DNA of 64,000 bases, taken from positions 24,350 through 88,349 of the forward strand of contig JAPOXD010000028.1 in NCBI GenBank assembly GCA_026707285.1, in the 5' to 3' direction. The position numbers and the translations under genes are program-made. Position 1 is the first letter of the stretch; every line of letters starts with the position of its first letter. Positions 1 through 10,048 of the stretch are shown in pieces. The DNA comes from Chloroflexota bacterium. Lineage in GTDB: Bacteria; Chloroflexota; UBA11872. The notes below the pieces were generated by a model, which saw nothing but the letters and a program-made list of their open reading frames with translations, was not told the DNA's origin and searched no databases.

Positions 1-45
1 AGTAACGCAAACGCACACGCCAACGGCGCGCCGGCGGCCGGGCCG

Positions 46-774
46 GTGACGGCCGCGCGCCAGCGGGGGACCGGACCCGCAATCTGGCTGGCGGGCGATC
101 CCGAGGACCTGAAAGTCTGGCTGCCCCGCGGCGGCTACGGCATCGTCACCAACACGGTGGTGCTCAACGAAATGGTCCAGAAGTACGGACCGCTCACCGA
201 GTTGGTGAAGCGCTACCTGGACGTCACCGACAAGCAGGTCGTGGTGGAGGTTGACGGGCACACCACCCAGGAGTTGCTCGACGTTTCCCACGTGTTCACG
301 CGCATGTCCGACCGCATCGTCATCAAGATTCCCTGCGCCGTGCACGGGCTCGAGGCCTTCAGCGTGCTCAAGGCGGAGGGCGTGGAGACCTTCTGCACCA
401 CGTGCTTCTCCCTGGGTCAGGCGGCGGCGGTCGCCCAGGCCGGCGCGACGCACATCCTGCCGTTTTGCGAGCCGGTGAAGCAGGTCGGCGGCGATCCGAC
501 CAAGCTGGTGCGGGAGTGCGTGGCGATGTTTAGCGGCTGGGAGCAGCGGCCGTACATCACGGCGGCGCTGGTGCGCTCGGTCGACACGGCCCTCGCGGCG
601 CTGCGAGACGGGGCCGACGGCATCATCATCTTCTGGAACGTCTTCGCCGAGTTGATGGAACACCCGCTCACCGACCAGTGGAACGACATGTTCATGGACG
701 AGTGGGTGCAGATGCACGAGGCGGGATATCTGGAAGGCGTGCCCGTCTCGCTCGGCGAGGGCGCGCACACCTAG
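46..774 (+). CDS. Transaldolase / fructose-6-phosphate aldolase family protein
   Basis: 242-aa ORF. The motif GIVTNTVV resembles the transaldolase GVTTNP signature, and the TIM-barrel-like composition fits. The N-terminus may lie upstream of the window start. Confidence 0.5.
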   Translation: MTAARQRGTGPAIWLAGDPEDLKVWLPRGGYGIVTNTVVLNEMVQKYGPLTELVKRYLDVTDKQVVVEVDGHTTQELLDVSHVFTRMSDRIVIKIPCAVHGLEAFSVLKAEGVETFCTTCFSLGQAAAVAQAGATHILPFCEPVKQVGGDPTKLVRECVAMFSGWEQRPYITAALVRSVDTALAALRDGADGIIIFWNVFAELMEHPLTDQWNDMFMDEWVQMHEAGYLEGVPVSLGEGAHT

Positions 775-784
775 GTCGCTCTCG

Positions 785-1198
785 GTGGGCAATGCGACGC
801 TGCGGGTGCGGCGTCCCGGCCCGCGTGTGGTGGCGCCGGACGACGTGCCCGTGTGGCCGGTCGAGCTGGCGCCCGCGCGCCATATGACGCTTGCCGAAGG
901 TCTGCTGGAACCCGGAGCGGTCTACCGGCCGCACGCTCACCGCACGATCGAGCAGCTCACCTACGTGCTGGCCGGGCGAGTGCGAATCACGTCGTTCGAT
1001 GAGGACGCCGGCCAGACGCAAAGCGTCGAACTGGGAGCTAGGGAGTGCGTCGTGTCCCTGCCGCGCGAGACGATCGAATTCGCCTGCGTGGGGAATACGG
1101 CGGCGCGGGTGCTGTTCGTGACGTCGCCGCCGTATCCCGCCGACCATTCGGACACGATCGTGCTGCGGGAGCACCAGTCGCTTGCGGACGAAAGCTGA
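785..1198 (+). CDS. Cupin domain protein
   Basis: 137 aa. Small beta-barrel protein with His-containing cupin-like motifs (AVYRPHAHRTIEQLTYVLAG). Lies immediately downstream of the previous gene. Confidence 0.4.
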   Translation: MGNATLRVRRPGPRVVAPDDVPVWPVELAPARHMTLAEGLLEPGAVYRPHAHRTIEQLTYVLAGRVRITSFDEDAGQTQSVELGARECVVSLPRETIEFACVGNTAARVLFVTSPPYPADHSDTIVLREHQSLADES

Positions 1199-1237
1199 GG
1201 GCGCGACCCGCGCAAGGTCGGTGAGGGCGGTCGGCGC

Positions 1238-1909
1238 ATGAGGGCCGCCGCCATGGTCGCCGCGATGGTGCTCCTGGCGGGATGCGGCGCAGCACCCGCC
1301 GAGACGGCGCCGCCAACGGCTCCGGTTGCCGCGGCAGCCACCGCCGCCGCCGCACCAGCGTCAACTCCAACCGCGGCGCCCGCGCCTTCGCCGACACCTG
1401 CGCCCACGGCGACGCCCGTCCCAACGCCAAGACCGTCGCCTACGCCGACCGCTACGCCGTCACCGACACCGGCGCCAACCGCCACGGCCACGCCTACCCC
1501 CGCCCCATCGCCGACGCCCGCGCTCGGACCGGAAATCCAGGCCGTGGCATCCATCGGCGCCTGCGAGCTTTACCTGGAAGTGGCGGACGATCCGGAGGAG
1601 CGCGCCGTGGGCCTCATGGGCCGTGAGTCCCTGGGGCGGGACCGCGGGATGCTGTTTGTCTACGCCGAAGACCAGGTGCTCAGTTTCTGGATGAAAAGCA
1701 CGCTCATCCCCCTCGACATCGTCTTCATCAACGGCGATTCAGTCGTCGTCGACGTGCAGACCATGCGTCCGGAGCGCGAGACCGCGCCAAACCTGCCGAT
1801 CACGCGGTCGGCGGCGCCGGCCCGCTACGCCATCGAGGTCAACGCCGGCGTCGCCGCCGAGTGCGGCATCGAGCCGGGAGAATTCGCCGAAATCCGCAGC
1901 CCTGCCTAA
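1238..1909 (+). CDS. DUF192 domain lipoprotein with Pro/Thr/Ala-rich linker
   Basis: N-terminal signal with lipobox (LLAGCG) and a long PTPAPT low-complexity linker. The C-terminal domain has DUF192-like motifs (ERAVGLMGR, GMLFVY, WMKSTLIPLDIVFI). Confidence 0.6.
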   Translation: MRAAAMVAAMVLLAGCGAAPAETAPPTAPVAAAATAAAAPASTPTAAPAPSPTPAPTATPVPTPRPSPTPTATPSPTPAPTATATPTPAPSPTPALGPEIQAVASIGACELYLEVADDPEERAVGLMGRESLGRDRGMLFVYAEDQVLSFWMKSTLIPLDIVFINGDSVVVDVQTMRPERETAPNLPITRSAAPARYAIEVNAGVAAECGIEPGEFAEIRSPA

Positions 1910-1920
1910 GACCTTGCGCC

Positions 1921-1990
1921 CTGTGCCCAAGGGCAGCCAAAAGGGCTGCCCCTACACGGACCCGCCTCCTGTAGGGGCGCCCCTTGTGGG
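1921..1990. terminator. Bidirectional terminator hairpins between convergent genes
   Basis: GGGCAGCC-AAAA-GGCTGCCC hairpin, plus the palindrome GGGGCGCCCC with flanking repeats. Sits between the DUF192 gene (+) and the oxidoreductase (-). Confidence 0.4.
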
Positions 1991-2014
1991 CGCCCGCGAT
2001 TCCGCGCGGGCCGA

Positions 2015-3049
2015 CTAAAGGACCCCACAGACGCGCAGCAGCGTCTCGTGCACGGCCAGATCATGCGCCGCGGTGTAGGCCGGCGCACGGTCGCCCCGAA
2101 TCCATGCGGCCAGGTCCTCGATGTCGCCGTCGTACCTGGGGCGCATGGGAATCGCCGGCTCGCTCCAGCCCGCCGGAAAGTCTTCGTGCGCTTCGCTGAG
2201 GTACAGGCGCACGCCGGGCGGCTCGATCGGCTCGATCAGCACCGAGCCGCGCTCGCCGATCACCTGGAAGCGCCGGTGGTGCATGGGCTCGTTGCCGGTG
2301 ACCCATGTCTGCAAGAGCGTCATCGCACCGGGATACTCCAGCACCGCCGTGCAGTTGTCCTCGAACGGCTCGCCCTGACCGCGCGCGTCTCGCCGGTGGC
2401 TGGCCCACACGCTGGAGGGCTTGCCCAGAAACAGCATGGCCGCATCGAGCACGTGGCATCCCAGGAGGTAGAACAATGCGCCGGCGTGCGCACCGTCCTT
2501 GGTTCGAATGTCGGCATAGCTGGCGATGTTGGTCGGGATGTCGACGTTGATGCGGGTGACGTTGCCCAGCCAGCCCTCGCGCATGGCGCGCAGGGCCAGC
2601 TCGATCGCGGGGTTGTAGCGAAACTGATAGCCCATCTGGACGTACAGGTTGCGGCTGGCAGCCAGGTCGAGCACTGCCCGCAGATCGGGGAGCGACGGTG
2701 ACGGCGCCTTGTCGATATGGATGTGCTTGCCGTGCTCCAGCGCCCGCCGCGCCCAGCGAAGGTTGTGCCGCGGCAGGGTTTCGACAAACACCACCGGGAT
2801 CGTCTCGTCGTGCAGCACGTCGACCTCGGACATCGCCGGGACGTCGGTGAAGCGGTCCACGGCCTGCTGCCGTCCCCACTCCGAGGCATCCGGCTCGAAC
2901 GCGCCCACGAACTCCATGTCATCGGAGCGGCGCAGCGCCTGCGCCTTGCCCCACGCATGGTCGTGCCCAATGCCAATCAGTGCCGCCCGCAGCTTGCCGC
3001 TCTGGTCCGACATCCCCCGCGCTCCTTCATCGACCCTGCCCGACGCCAT
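2015..3049 (-). CDS. Gfo/Idh/MocA family oxidoreductase
   Basis: N-terminal Rossmann motif LRAALIGIGHDH and an EFVGAFEPD segment typical of the family. The start may be the internal Met at 3013. Confidence 0.7.
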   Translation of the reverse strand: MASGRVDEGARGMSDQSGKLRAALIGIGHDHAWGKAQALRRSDDMEFVGAFEPDASEWGRQQAVDRFTDVPAMSEVDVLHDETIPVVFVETLPRHNLRWARRALEHGKHIHIDKAPSPSLPDLRAVLDLAASRNLYVQMGYQFRYNPAIELALRAMREGWLGNVTRINVDIPTNIASYADIRTKDGAHAGALFYLLGCHVLDAAMLFLGKPSSVWASHRRDARGQGEPFEDNCTAVLEYPGAMTLLQTWVTGNEPMHHRRFQVIGERGSVLIEPIEPPGVRLYLSEAHEDFPAGWSEPAIPMRPRYDGDIEDLAAWIRGDRAPAYTAAHDLAVHETLLRVCGVL

Positions 3050-3060
3050 TCGCCGTCATC

Positions 3061-4311
3061 ATGGCAGCCCGAGGGCTCGGCCGGCCGGATTTCGCGCGCA
3101 ATGGATGCCGTGGCTACGCTACATCCGTGAGTGACAAACAGCCCGCGGTCGAGTTGGCGGGCGATCAGGGATTCCCGGCGCCCACCGGCCGCACGCCGGA
3201 CGATCTGGCCTATTGGGTGGCGCTCAACGCCGTGCGCGGCATCAGTTCGGGCGCCGTCTGGGCCTTACGGCGGGCCTTCAACAGCATGGAGCAGGCCTGG
3301 GGCGCCTCCGCCACTGAGCTGCGACGCGCCGGGCTGGAGGCCAAGGTCGTCGAGCAGCTGCTCGACGCGCGGCGCGACATCGAGCCCGAGGCCGCGCTGG
3401 CGGCCCTTGAGGAAGCGGACGGGCGCGCCATCGCCTGGGACGACCCGGCGTATCCCGCCAGGCTGCGAGAGATCGCCGATCCACCGGCGCTGCTGCACGT
3501 CCGCGGGGACATCGACGCTTTGTCACAGGACCGGGCGGTCGCCATCGTCGGCACGCGGCGCATGAGCACCTACGCCCGGCTGGTCACCGAGCGGCTCGCC
3601 GGCGACCTTGCCGGCAGCGGCATCACCATTGTGAGCGGCATGGCCTCGGGCGTGGACAGCGTGGCGCATCGCGCAGCGCTCGAAGCGGGCGGGCCGACCG
3701 TCGCCGTGTGGGGCACGGGGCTTGGCACCGTCTACCCCGTCGCCAATCGAAAACTGGCACGACAGATCGCGGACCAGGGCGCCATCGTCACGGAGTATCC
3801 CGTGTGGATGCGCGGCTCGGCGGAGAACTTTCCGCAGCGCAATCGCATCATCAGCGGGCTGGTGCTCGGGACCATCGTGGTCGAGGCGCCGCTGCCGAGC
3901 GGGGCATTGATCACCGCGCGCTACGCCATCGAGCACAACCGCGAGATCATGGCGGTGCCCGGCGACATCTTCAAGACCGGCAGCCAGGGCACCAACGCGC
4001 TGATCTTTCGCGGCGAGGCCCGCGCCGTTACCTCAGCCGCCGACGTGCTGGATACGCTCGGCATCAGCGTCGATCCAGTCCAGCTCGCGCTGCATCCCGT
4101 TGTGGAGCCGGATGCCGACGAGCGCCCCATCGCCAATCAGCTCAACGCCTCACCCAAGCACATCGACACCCTGGCGCAATCCGCCGGACTCCCCGCGCAC
4201 CGCGTCTCGGCCATCCTCACCATGCTGGAACTCAAAGGCCTGGCCCGACACGTGGGCGGCGGTCGCTACGTCCATCCGCGACCCGAGCCGGCGGGCGGAC
4301 GCGATGGTTAG
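3061..4311 (+). CDS. dprA: DNA-processing protein DprA (Smf)
   Basis: Rossmann-like DprA core (AIVGTRRMSTYARLVTERLAGDLAGSGITIVSGMASGVDSVAHRAAL, GTIVVEAPLPSGALITARYAIEHNREIMAVPGDIFKTGSQGTNALI) with a C-terminal winged-helix-like tail. The start is uncertain (ATG 3061 or GTG 3127). The 5' end overlaps the divergent oxidoreductase gene. Confidence 0.8.
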   Translation: MAARGLGRPDFARNGCRGYATSVSDKQPAVELAGDQGFPAPTGRTPDDLAYWVALNAVRGISSGAVWALRRAFNSMEQAWGASATELRRAGLEAKVVEQLLDARRDIEPEAALAALEEADGRAIAWDDPAYPARLREIADPPALLHVRGDIDALSQDRAVAIVGTRRMSTYARLVTERLAGDLAGSGITIVSGMASGVDSVAHRAALEAGGPTVAVWGTGLGTVYPVANRKLARQIADQGAIVTEYPVWMRGSAENFPQRNRIISGLVLGTIVVEAPLPSGALITARYAIEHNREIMAVPGDIFKTGSQGTNALIFRGEARAVTSAADVLDTLGISVDPVQLALHPVVEPDADERPIANQLNASPKHIDTLAQSAGLPAHRVSAILTMLELKGLARHVGGGRYVHPRPEPAGGRDG

Positions 4312-4346
4312 CTGCGCGAACCACTGAGTCGCGGGAGGCGCCGACT

Positions 4347-4934
4347 TCACGGTTCACGCTCGCCGGGAACCACGATCGGTCCAACGCGCATGTCCGAAAG
4401 TCCCACCTCCACCAGGCACGGCGTGCGCAGCTCGCGCCAGAAGCTCGTGGGCTGGATGTCGGCCACCTGCGCCAGGTAAAGCGTAATCACCGTGCCGTGA
4501 GTGACCACAATGCAGTCGCCGGAATCCGCGTCGAGGACGGCGTCAATCGCGGCGGTGAATCGGTCGCGCGCCTGACTCGCGGTCTCGGAGCCGAAGACAA
4601 GCCGCGACGGTCGGGCAAAGAACGCTTCAATCGCCTGCTCGAACTCCTGGGTGGTCGGAAAGAACGGCACGTTGCCGCGGTGGTGCTCTTCGAGCCCATC
4701 CTTGACGCGTATCGGGAGGTCGAGCGCGCTCCCGATGATCTCGGCGGTTTCGACGGCCTTGGGCTCTCGGCTGCACCAGACCAGGTTCGCGCGGTAGCCG
4801 CGAAGTCGAGCCGCCAGAGACTCAGCCCGACACCGTCCGAGTTCGCTGAGTCTCCATTTGGCTGCCGGCACGTCGCGCTCAATCCGAGGCTGCGAGTGAC
4901 GCACCAGCACGAGCTTCCGCACGCTGCGCTCCAA
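4347..4934 (-). CDS. Histidine phosphatase family protein (SixA/PGAM-like)
   Basis: 195 aa with N-terminal LVLVRHSQP (RHG-type catalytic His motif) and a VVTHG motif near the C-terminus. Confidence 0.6.
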   Translation of the reverse strand: MERSVRKLVLVRHSQPRIERDVPAAKWRLSELGRCRAESLAARLRGYRANLVWCSREPKAVETAEIIGSALDLPIRVKDGLEEHHRGNVPFFPTTQEFEQAIEAFFARPSRLVFGSETASQARDRFTAAIDAVLDADSGDCIVVTHGTVITLYLAQVADIQPTSFWRELRTPCLVEVGLSDMRVGPIVVPGEREP

Positions 4935-5019
4935 CGAACGACGGTCTAACGCTGGAGCTTACGATCGGTGAGCCCTGGAGGCGCTTCGAGTTCGTGGGTT
5001 ATTCGGCAGCGTCGCGGGT

Positions 5020-5826
5020 GTGGATAGGGCGAGCGGGCGCATGAGCGAACGCGGCTACACATTTGGAGATACGGACGTCGCCGGCAGGCGACTGCGGCTC
5101 GCCGCCGAAGTGTTTCAGCCGGAGATGGCGAGCTTCCTGGCGCAAGCGCAGGCCAGCCCGGAGTTGGCCTACGACCTGGGCTGTGGTCCCGGATACACGA
5201 CGCGCATCGTGGCCCGCGCCGTAGGACCTCAGCGCACCATTGGCCTCGACGCGTCCAGCCGATTCGTCGAGATCGCGCGCGGTCAGGCAATGCCGGGCGT
5301 CGAGTATTTGGAACACGACGTCACGCGCACGCCGTTTCCATGCGGGCCGGGCGATCTTCTCTTCTCGCACTTTCTCCTGCCGCATTTGTCGGACCCGCCG
5401 TCGGCACTCGCCGCCTCGGCCACGCAGCTTCGTGCAGGCGGTCTTCTGTTGCTCGACGAGGTCTCGGACATTTGGATGACACATCCGGTGTTCCTGCGCT
5501 ACCTCGAAATGGTCGACCAGGTTGTCGCTGCCGGTGGAGGCCGGCTCTATGCGGGCAAGGCGATGGAGCAGCTGACTCCCGGCGCCGGACTGGCCGTTCT
5601 TTCCAGCCACCTGGTCGAGCATCCCGTGAGCACGGCACAGGCGGCGGCGATGTTCCGACTGAATATCGCCGGCTGGGGCGCTACGCCGACAGCGACGGCG
5701 ATCTTCTCCGCGCCGGTCATCGCCGAGGTCGCGGCTGAGCTCGATGGACTCGCCAAATCGACCGCAAGACGCGAGATTGTCTGGGGTATGCGCCAGGTAG
5801 TCTGCCGGGCCGCGATCGCCGCCTAA
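5020..5826 (+). CDS. Class I SAM-dependent methyltransferase
   Basis: Motif I LGCGPGYTT, an acidic motif II region and a Rossmann-fold layout. Confidence 0.6.
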   Translation: MDRASGRMSERGYTFGDTDVAGRRLRLAAEVFQPEMASFLAQAQASPELAYDLGCGPGYTTRIVARAVGPQRTIGLDASSRFVEIARGQAMPGVEYLEHDVTRTPFPCGPGDLLFSHFLLPHLSDPPSALAASATQLRAGGLLLLDEVSDIWMTHPVFLRYLEMVDQVVAAGGGRLYAGKAMEQLTPGAGLAVLSSHLVEHPVSTAQAAAMFRLNIAGWGATPTATAIFSAPVIAEVAAELDGLAKSTARREIVWGMRQVVCRAAIAA

Positions 5827-5971
5827 GCCGCCGACCTGCTCCGACACGGGTTGGAGTGGTCGCTATCGGAGAGTCAAGGCGCCGAGCCGCCTCGTCCAGG
5901 TCGACCGCACCGGTCGACGCTTGCATGATGGGGCGTAAGGAGCTCGCGCGCAGCGCCCATGGAGGCCGGGA

Positions 5972-6334
5972 GTGCAGATAAAGGGCGTCGATTTCGTCTG
6001 GATCGTCGCCGCCGACGTCGATGGCACCGCGCGGTTCTACCGTGAGGTGCTGGGGCTGCCGGAGACGGGAATCCAGGATGACGACTGGCGTGAGTTCCAG
6101 GCAGGGTCCGTGACGCTGGCAGTTACGCCGGCGCATGTGGGCCTTCAGCCTCCTAGAGTGCTCGTGGCGCTGGCGGTCGACGACGTTGGCGCCGCATTGG
6201 CGGAGGCCCGTGACCGTGGCGTCGAAGTCCTCCACGAGACACGCAATACGCCGGCCTGCCTCAACGCCATGATCGCGGACCCGGAAGGCAATCCGATCTG
6301 GCTGCACCAACGACACGACGGAACCTTCGGCTGA
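5972..6334 (+). CDS. VOC (glyoxalase/bleomycin-resistance/dioxygenase) family protein
   Basis: 120 aa. Small beta-alpha-beta-beta-beta module with a characteristic N-terminus (VDFVWIVAADVDGTARFYREVLGL). Confidence 0.5.
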   Translation: MQIKGVDFVWIVAADVDGTARFYREVLGLPETGIQDDDWREFQAGSVTLAVTPAHVGLQPPRVLVALAVDDVGAALAEARDRGVEVLHETRNTPACLNAMIADPEGNPIWLHQRHDGTFG

Positions 6335-6385
6335 CGCCGCGTATCATCAACGCCATGTCCCGAACCTGCGCCCCGAGCCTCTGAC

Positions 6386-7741
6386 GTGCGTCGTCGGCAC
6401 CTTGGGATTCTGGCCTTTATTGCGATCATCTTCGCGCTGGCGCTGTACATCGTGGTTCCGAACTCCCCTGGGTTCCCGGTGCAGGTCGGCACGCGCGACT
6501 TCTCGGACCTGGAGTTTCGGCAGGGATTGGATCTCCAAGGCGGGTTGCACGTGCGCTTCGAGGCGGACCCCGCGCCCGGCCAGGAGGTTGACCCGGATGC
6601 GATGGAGGCCGTGCGCCAAATCATCGAGAACCGCGTGAATGCGCTGGGCGTCGCCGAGCCCGTCATCCAGATCGAGGGCGACACGCGGCTGATCGTTGAG
6701 CTTCCCGGCCTCGGCGGTCCGGACCCGAACTGTGATCCCGCGACCGAGGAGTGCGCGGACCCGCTCGACGACGCGATCGACCTCTTCCGCGAAACCGGAC
6801 AGCTGCTGATCGTCGACACTGGTTCACGCCCCTACCCGGACGACGAGGTCTTCGTAGCCGATCCGGAGGATGTCGTGCTGCGCGGGGCGGATCTCCAGTC
6901 GGCGCGGGTCGAGTTCGATCAGCTCGGGGCGTCCATGATCGCCTTCGAGCTCAAGCCGTCGTCGGGCGAGCACTTCGAGCGACACACCAGCACGCACCTG
7001 GGTCAGTGGCTCACCATCACCGTCGACGACATCGTGATCAATTCGGCGGTGATCGAGGCGCCGATTCGCGACGAGGGCGTCATCCGCGGCACGTTCACCC
7101 CGGACGAGGCGCGCCGGGTGGCCATCCAGCTGCAATACGGCGCACTGCCGGTGCCGCTCAAGGTGGTGCAGAACCTGACCGTGCGGCCGACGCTGGGCGA
7201 GGAGTCGCTCGCGCTCTCGGTGCGGGCCGGCATCGTGGGCGCCGTGCTGGTGCTGGCGTTCATGGTGGCCTACTACCGCGCGGCGGGCGTCGTGGCGGCG
7301 CTGGCGCTGGTGGCCTACGTGATGCTCGTCTTCGCCATCTTCAAGCTCGTGCCGGTCACGCTCACCCTGGCCGGCGTGGCCGGCGTGATCCTGTCGCTCG
7401 GCGTGGCCGTTGACGCCAACATCCTGATCTTCGAGCGCACCCGCGAAGAAGTGCGCCGTGGTCGGGCGGTGCGGCGGGCCATCGAAGCCGGATTCAACCG
7501 CGCCTGGCCCTCGATTCGGGACTCGAACGTCTCCACGCTGCTCATCTGCGCCGTGCTCTTCGGCTTCGGCAGCGGCGGCGTGCGGGGATTCGCGCTCACG
7601 CTGGCGATCGGCGTGGCGGTGAGCATGTTCTCGGCCATCACCATCAGCCGCACGCTGCTGCGGCTGGCGGTGCTCGTGCCGGGCGTTGACCAGCCGCGCT
7701 GGTTCGGCGCGCGGTCCACGCCCGAGGAAGGCGCGGCCTGA
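6386..7741 (+). CDS. secD: Protein translocase subunit SecD
   Basis: GTG start. N-terminal TM segment, the periplasmic-domain signature LDLQGGLHV, and six C-terminal TM helices. The stop overlaps the secF ATG. Confidence 0.85.
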   Translation: MRRRHLGILAFIAIIFALALYIVVPNSPGFPVQVGTRDFSDLEFRQGLDLQGGLHVRFEADPAPGQEVDPDAMEAVRQIIENRVNALGVAEPVIQIEGDTRLIVELPGLGGPDPNCDPATEECADPLDDAIDLFRETGQLLIVDTGSRPYPDDEVFVADPEDVVLRGADLQSARVEFDQLGASMIAFELKPSSGEHFERHTSTHLGQWLTITVDDIVINSAVIEAPIRDEGVIRGTFTPDEARRVAIQLQYGALPVPLKVVQNLTVRPTLGEESLALSVRAGIVGAVLVLAFMVAYYRAAGVVAALALVAYVMLVFAIFKLVPVTLTLAGVAGVILSLGVAVDANILIFERTREEVRRGRAVRRAIEAGFNRAWPSIRDSNVSTLLICAVLFGFGSGGVRGFALTLAIGVAVSMFSAITISRTLLRLAVLVPGVDQPRWFGARSTPEEGAA

Positions 7742-8682
7742 TGTTCGACATCGTCGGCCGCCGCGGCTGGTGGTACCTGGTGTCCACGGTGCTGCTCGCG
7801 CCGGGCATCGTGGCGCTTCTGACCGGCGGGCTGAAGCCCGGCATCGACTTTACCGGCGGGACGCTGCTGCAAGTGCGCGTCGCGGCGGAAACCACGCAAG
7901 AGGATGTCACGTCAGCCGCCCAAGGGGCCGGATTCCCTGAAGCCGTGGTGCAGATGGCAGGCGAGAGCGACGCGTTGCTCCGCGTACGCGCCATCGACGT
8001 CGATGAGAAGGACGATCTGCTCACCGGCCTCGGCGACGCCACGGGGCCGGTCGAGGAGCTCGGCTTCTCGGCCATCGGCCCGGTTGTCGGCGAGGAGCTC
8101 ACCCGCGCCGCGATCATCGCAGTGGCCGTGGCCTCGGCGCTGATTCTGCTCTATGTCACGTGGGCCTTCCGCGGCATGCAGCATTCATTCCGCTACGGCG
8201 TGGCGGCCATCGTGGCGCTGCTGCACGACGCACTGTTTGTCCTTGGCGTATTCGCGATCCTGGGGCACGCATTCAACGTGCAGATCGACGCGCTGTTCGT
8301 AACCGCCCTGCTCACGGTGATCGGATTCTCGGTCAACGACTCCATCGTCGTCTTCGACCGCATTCGCGAAACCAACCGAGACTACGTGCACCTGGACGAC
8401 CACGAGCGTCCCGGCATCGCCAGCATCATCAACCACAGCGCCAACCAGAGCCTGACGCGGTCGCTCAACACCTCATTCACGGCGTTGCTGGTGCTGCTCG
8501 CCCTGCTGCTCCTGGGCGGGCCGACGATTCGCGACTTCGTGTTGGCGCTGTCTCTCGGCTTCGCCATCGGGACCTACTCGTCGATCTTCAACGCGGCGTG
8601 CCTCGTCGCTTCGTGGGAGAACCGCGACATTCCGCGACTATGGCGCCGGGTGTTCCCCTGGCGCCGCGCCTCGACGACCTAG
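7741..8682 (+). CDS. secF: Protein translocase subunit SecF
   Basis: SecF N-terminus (GIDFTGGTLLQVRV) and the RND-like six-TM SecDF C-terminal domain. Translationally coupled to secD. Confidence 0.85.
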   Translation: MFDIVGRRGWWYLVSTVLLAPGIVALLTGGLKPGIDFTGGTLLQVRVAAETTQEDVTSAAQGAGFPEAVVQMAGESDALLRVRAIDVDEKDDLLTGLGDATGPVEELGFSAIGPVVGEELTRAAIIAVAVASALILLYVTWAFRGMQHSFRYGVAAIVALLHDALFVLGVFAILGHAFNVQIDALFVTALLTVIGFSVNDSIVVFDRIRETNRDYVHLDDHERPGIASIINHSANQSLTRSLNTSFTALLVLLALLLLGGPTIRDFVLALSLGFAIGTYSSIFNAACLVASWENRDIPRLWRRVFPWRRASTT

Positions 8683-9563
8683 GGCACGTAGCCCCAGCGC
8701 GCCTCGGCCTCTTCGGCCTCGGTGATGGCCGTTTTCAGCCGGTTCGCGGCGTCGAGGGCCTCGGCATAAGGCGTAGTACCCACGAGCACGTGCACCTCGG
8801 CCGCTTCTTCGGATAGCTCGCGCACTCGCGCCACCCAGGGCGACAGCTCCGCGTCGGAGTAGGTGTGAGCTAGCGCCTCGACGGGATTGGCCTCGGTGCG
8901 CGGCCACGCCTCGCCGTCGCGGCCATGGAGCCGCACGACGCTGAGGCGATCCGTGGTGACGGCCACGGTGGGCGGACCGGCCTCCGGGCGGTCGGGCGGG
9001 AAATCGGCCACCACCAGGGCCATTTCCAAGTCGATCAGGCACTCCAAGGTCGCGTCCTGCTGACTGGGCACGTCCCAACTCGGATGCCGAAACTCGGCGG
9101 CCAGGGGCAACTCGGGAAGAAGTCCGCTCACGTGCCCCAGGTACTCGCGAGCTTCGTCGCCGGCCCCGAACCAGGAGGGGAATTGCAGCACCACGCAGCC
9201 GAGCTTGCCAGCCTCGGCCAACGGGGCGAGCGCCTGGGCGAAGTCGTCGAATAGCACGTCGGGGGGTACAACCGAGACCTCCTGCCACGACCGCCGTCCG
9301 ATCGGTCCCGTATCGCCCGGGCGCCGCTGATGCAGCGTGAGGCCGCCGAAGGCGATGACGTCGAAGCGAAAGTCATCCGGCGCCTGTTCGGCCCACTCGG
9401 CCAGCCGCTCCGGCTTGGGGATGCCGTTGAAGGTGTTGGGCGTCTCCACCACGTCGGCCACAGCCGCGTAGTGGCCCAGCATCTCCGCCGGCTTGACGCG
9501 CGGCGGGTAGAAGTCCTCCAGCCGCTGCCAGCCGCGAATGCCGAATCGGCGCGTGGCGGTCAC
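8679..9563 (-). CDS. DUF72 domain protein
   Basis: 294 aa with DUF72-like TIM-barrel features. Overlaps the downstream 2TM gene by 4 nt. Confidence 0.6.
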   Translation of the reverse strand: MTATRRFGIRGWQRLEDFYPPRVKPAEMLGHYAAVADVVETPNTFNGIPKPERLAEWAEQAPDDFRFDVIAFGGLTLHQRRPGDTGPIGRRSWQEVSVVPPDVLFDDFAQALAPLAEAGKLGCVVLQFPSWFGAGDEAREYLGHVSGLLPELPLAAEFRHPSWDVPSQQDATLECLIDLEMALVVADFPPDRPEAGPPTVAVTTDRLSVVRLHGRDGEAWPRTEANPVEALAHTYSDAELSPWVARVRELSEEAAEVHVLVGTTPYAEALDAANRLKTAITEAEEAEARWGYVP

Positions 9564-9865
9564 TCGTCACCCTGGTGGCGCATGCGCTCCAGCTCCCGGG
9601 CGGCTTCGCGCTGCCGCCAGCGCTCGATCACGGGCAAGCCGGGGCCGAACACCGTCCAGCCGTGCAGCGCCAGCGCGATCAGCCAGAACGCCACCGGCCA
9701 GAAGAACCAGATGAAGTCCGGGGTCGCGATGATGTTTACGAGCAGCAGCAGGATGGCGACCGCCGCCCATACCGCCGCGTGACCCGCGAAGCCCAATCGC
9801 GCCCGCACGCGCTCGGTCGCGCGGCGGTAGGCCTCGGCGCGGTCGCTTGGTGACGGGTCGGTCAT
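9560..9865 (-). CDS. 2TM domain small membrane protein
   Basis: 101 aa with two predicted TM helices (AAVWAAVAILLLLVNII and FWPVAFWLIALALHGW). Operonic with the DUF72 gene. Confidence 0.45.
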   Translation of the reverse strand: MTDPSPSDRAEAYRRATERVRARLGFAGHAAVWAAVAILLLLVNIIATPDFIWFFWPVAFWLIALALHGWTVFGPGLPVIERWRQREAARELERMRHQGDE

Positions 9866-10048
9866 CTGCAGGGCCTGGCGAGCGGGCGGAATTCTACCCG
9901 GCGGAGAGTCCCGCCAACACGATCGGACCTATGTCGCGTCGGTTCGGCAATCGACCACAGCCGGTAATGCGTTTGGGCCTGACGGGCGTTCGAGTTGCGT
10001 TGACGCCGATCCAGGCGCTTGCCTCCAAGGCTGCCAGCGGTCTTCGTC

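Noticed and set aside
2061-2976. Long - strand ORFs (272 and 218 aa) and + strand ORFs (217, 161 and 137 aa) overlapping the Gfo/Idh/MocA gene.
   Set aside because: They are alternative frames of a 70% GC gene with Arg/Pro/Ala-rich composition. Only the frame with the Rossmann GIGHDH motif makes a coherent protein.
3708-4949. 413-aa + strand ORF spanning the dprA 3' half and the histidine phosphatase gene.
   Set aside because: It reads through two well-supported genes on different frames or strands and has an Arg-rich shadow composition.
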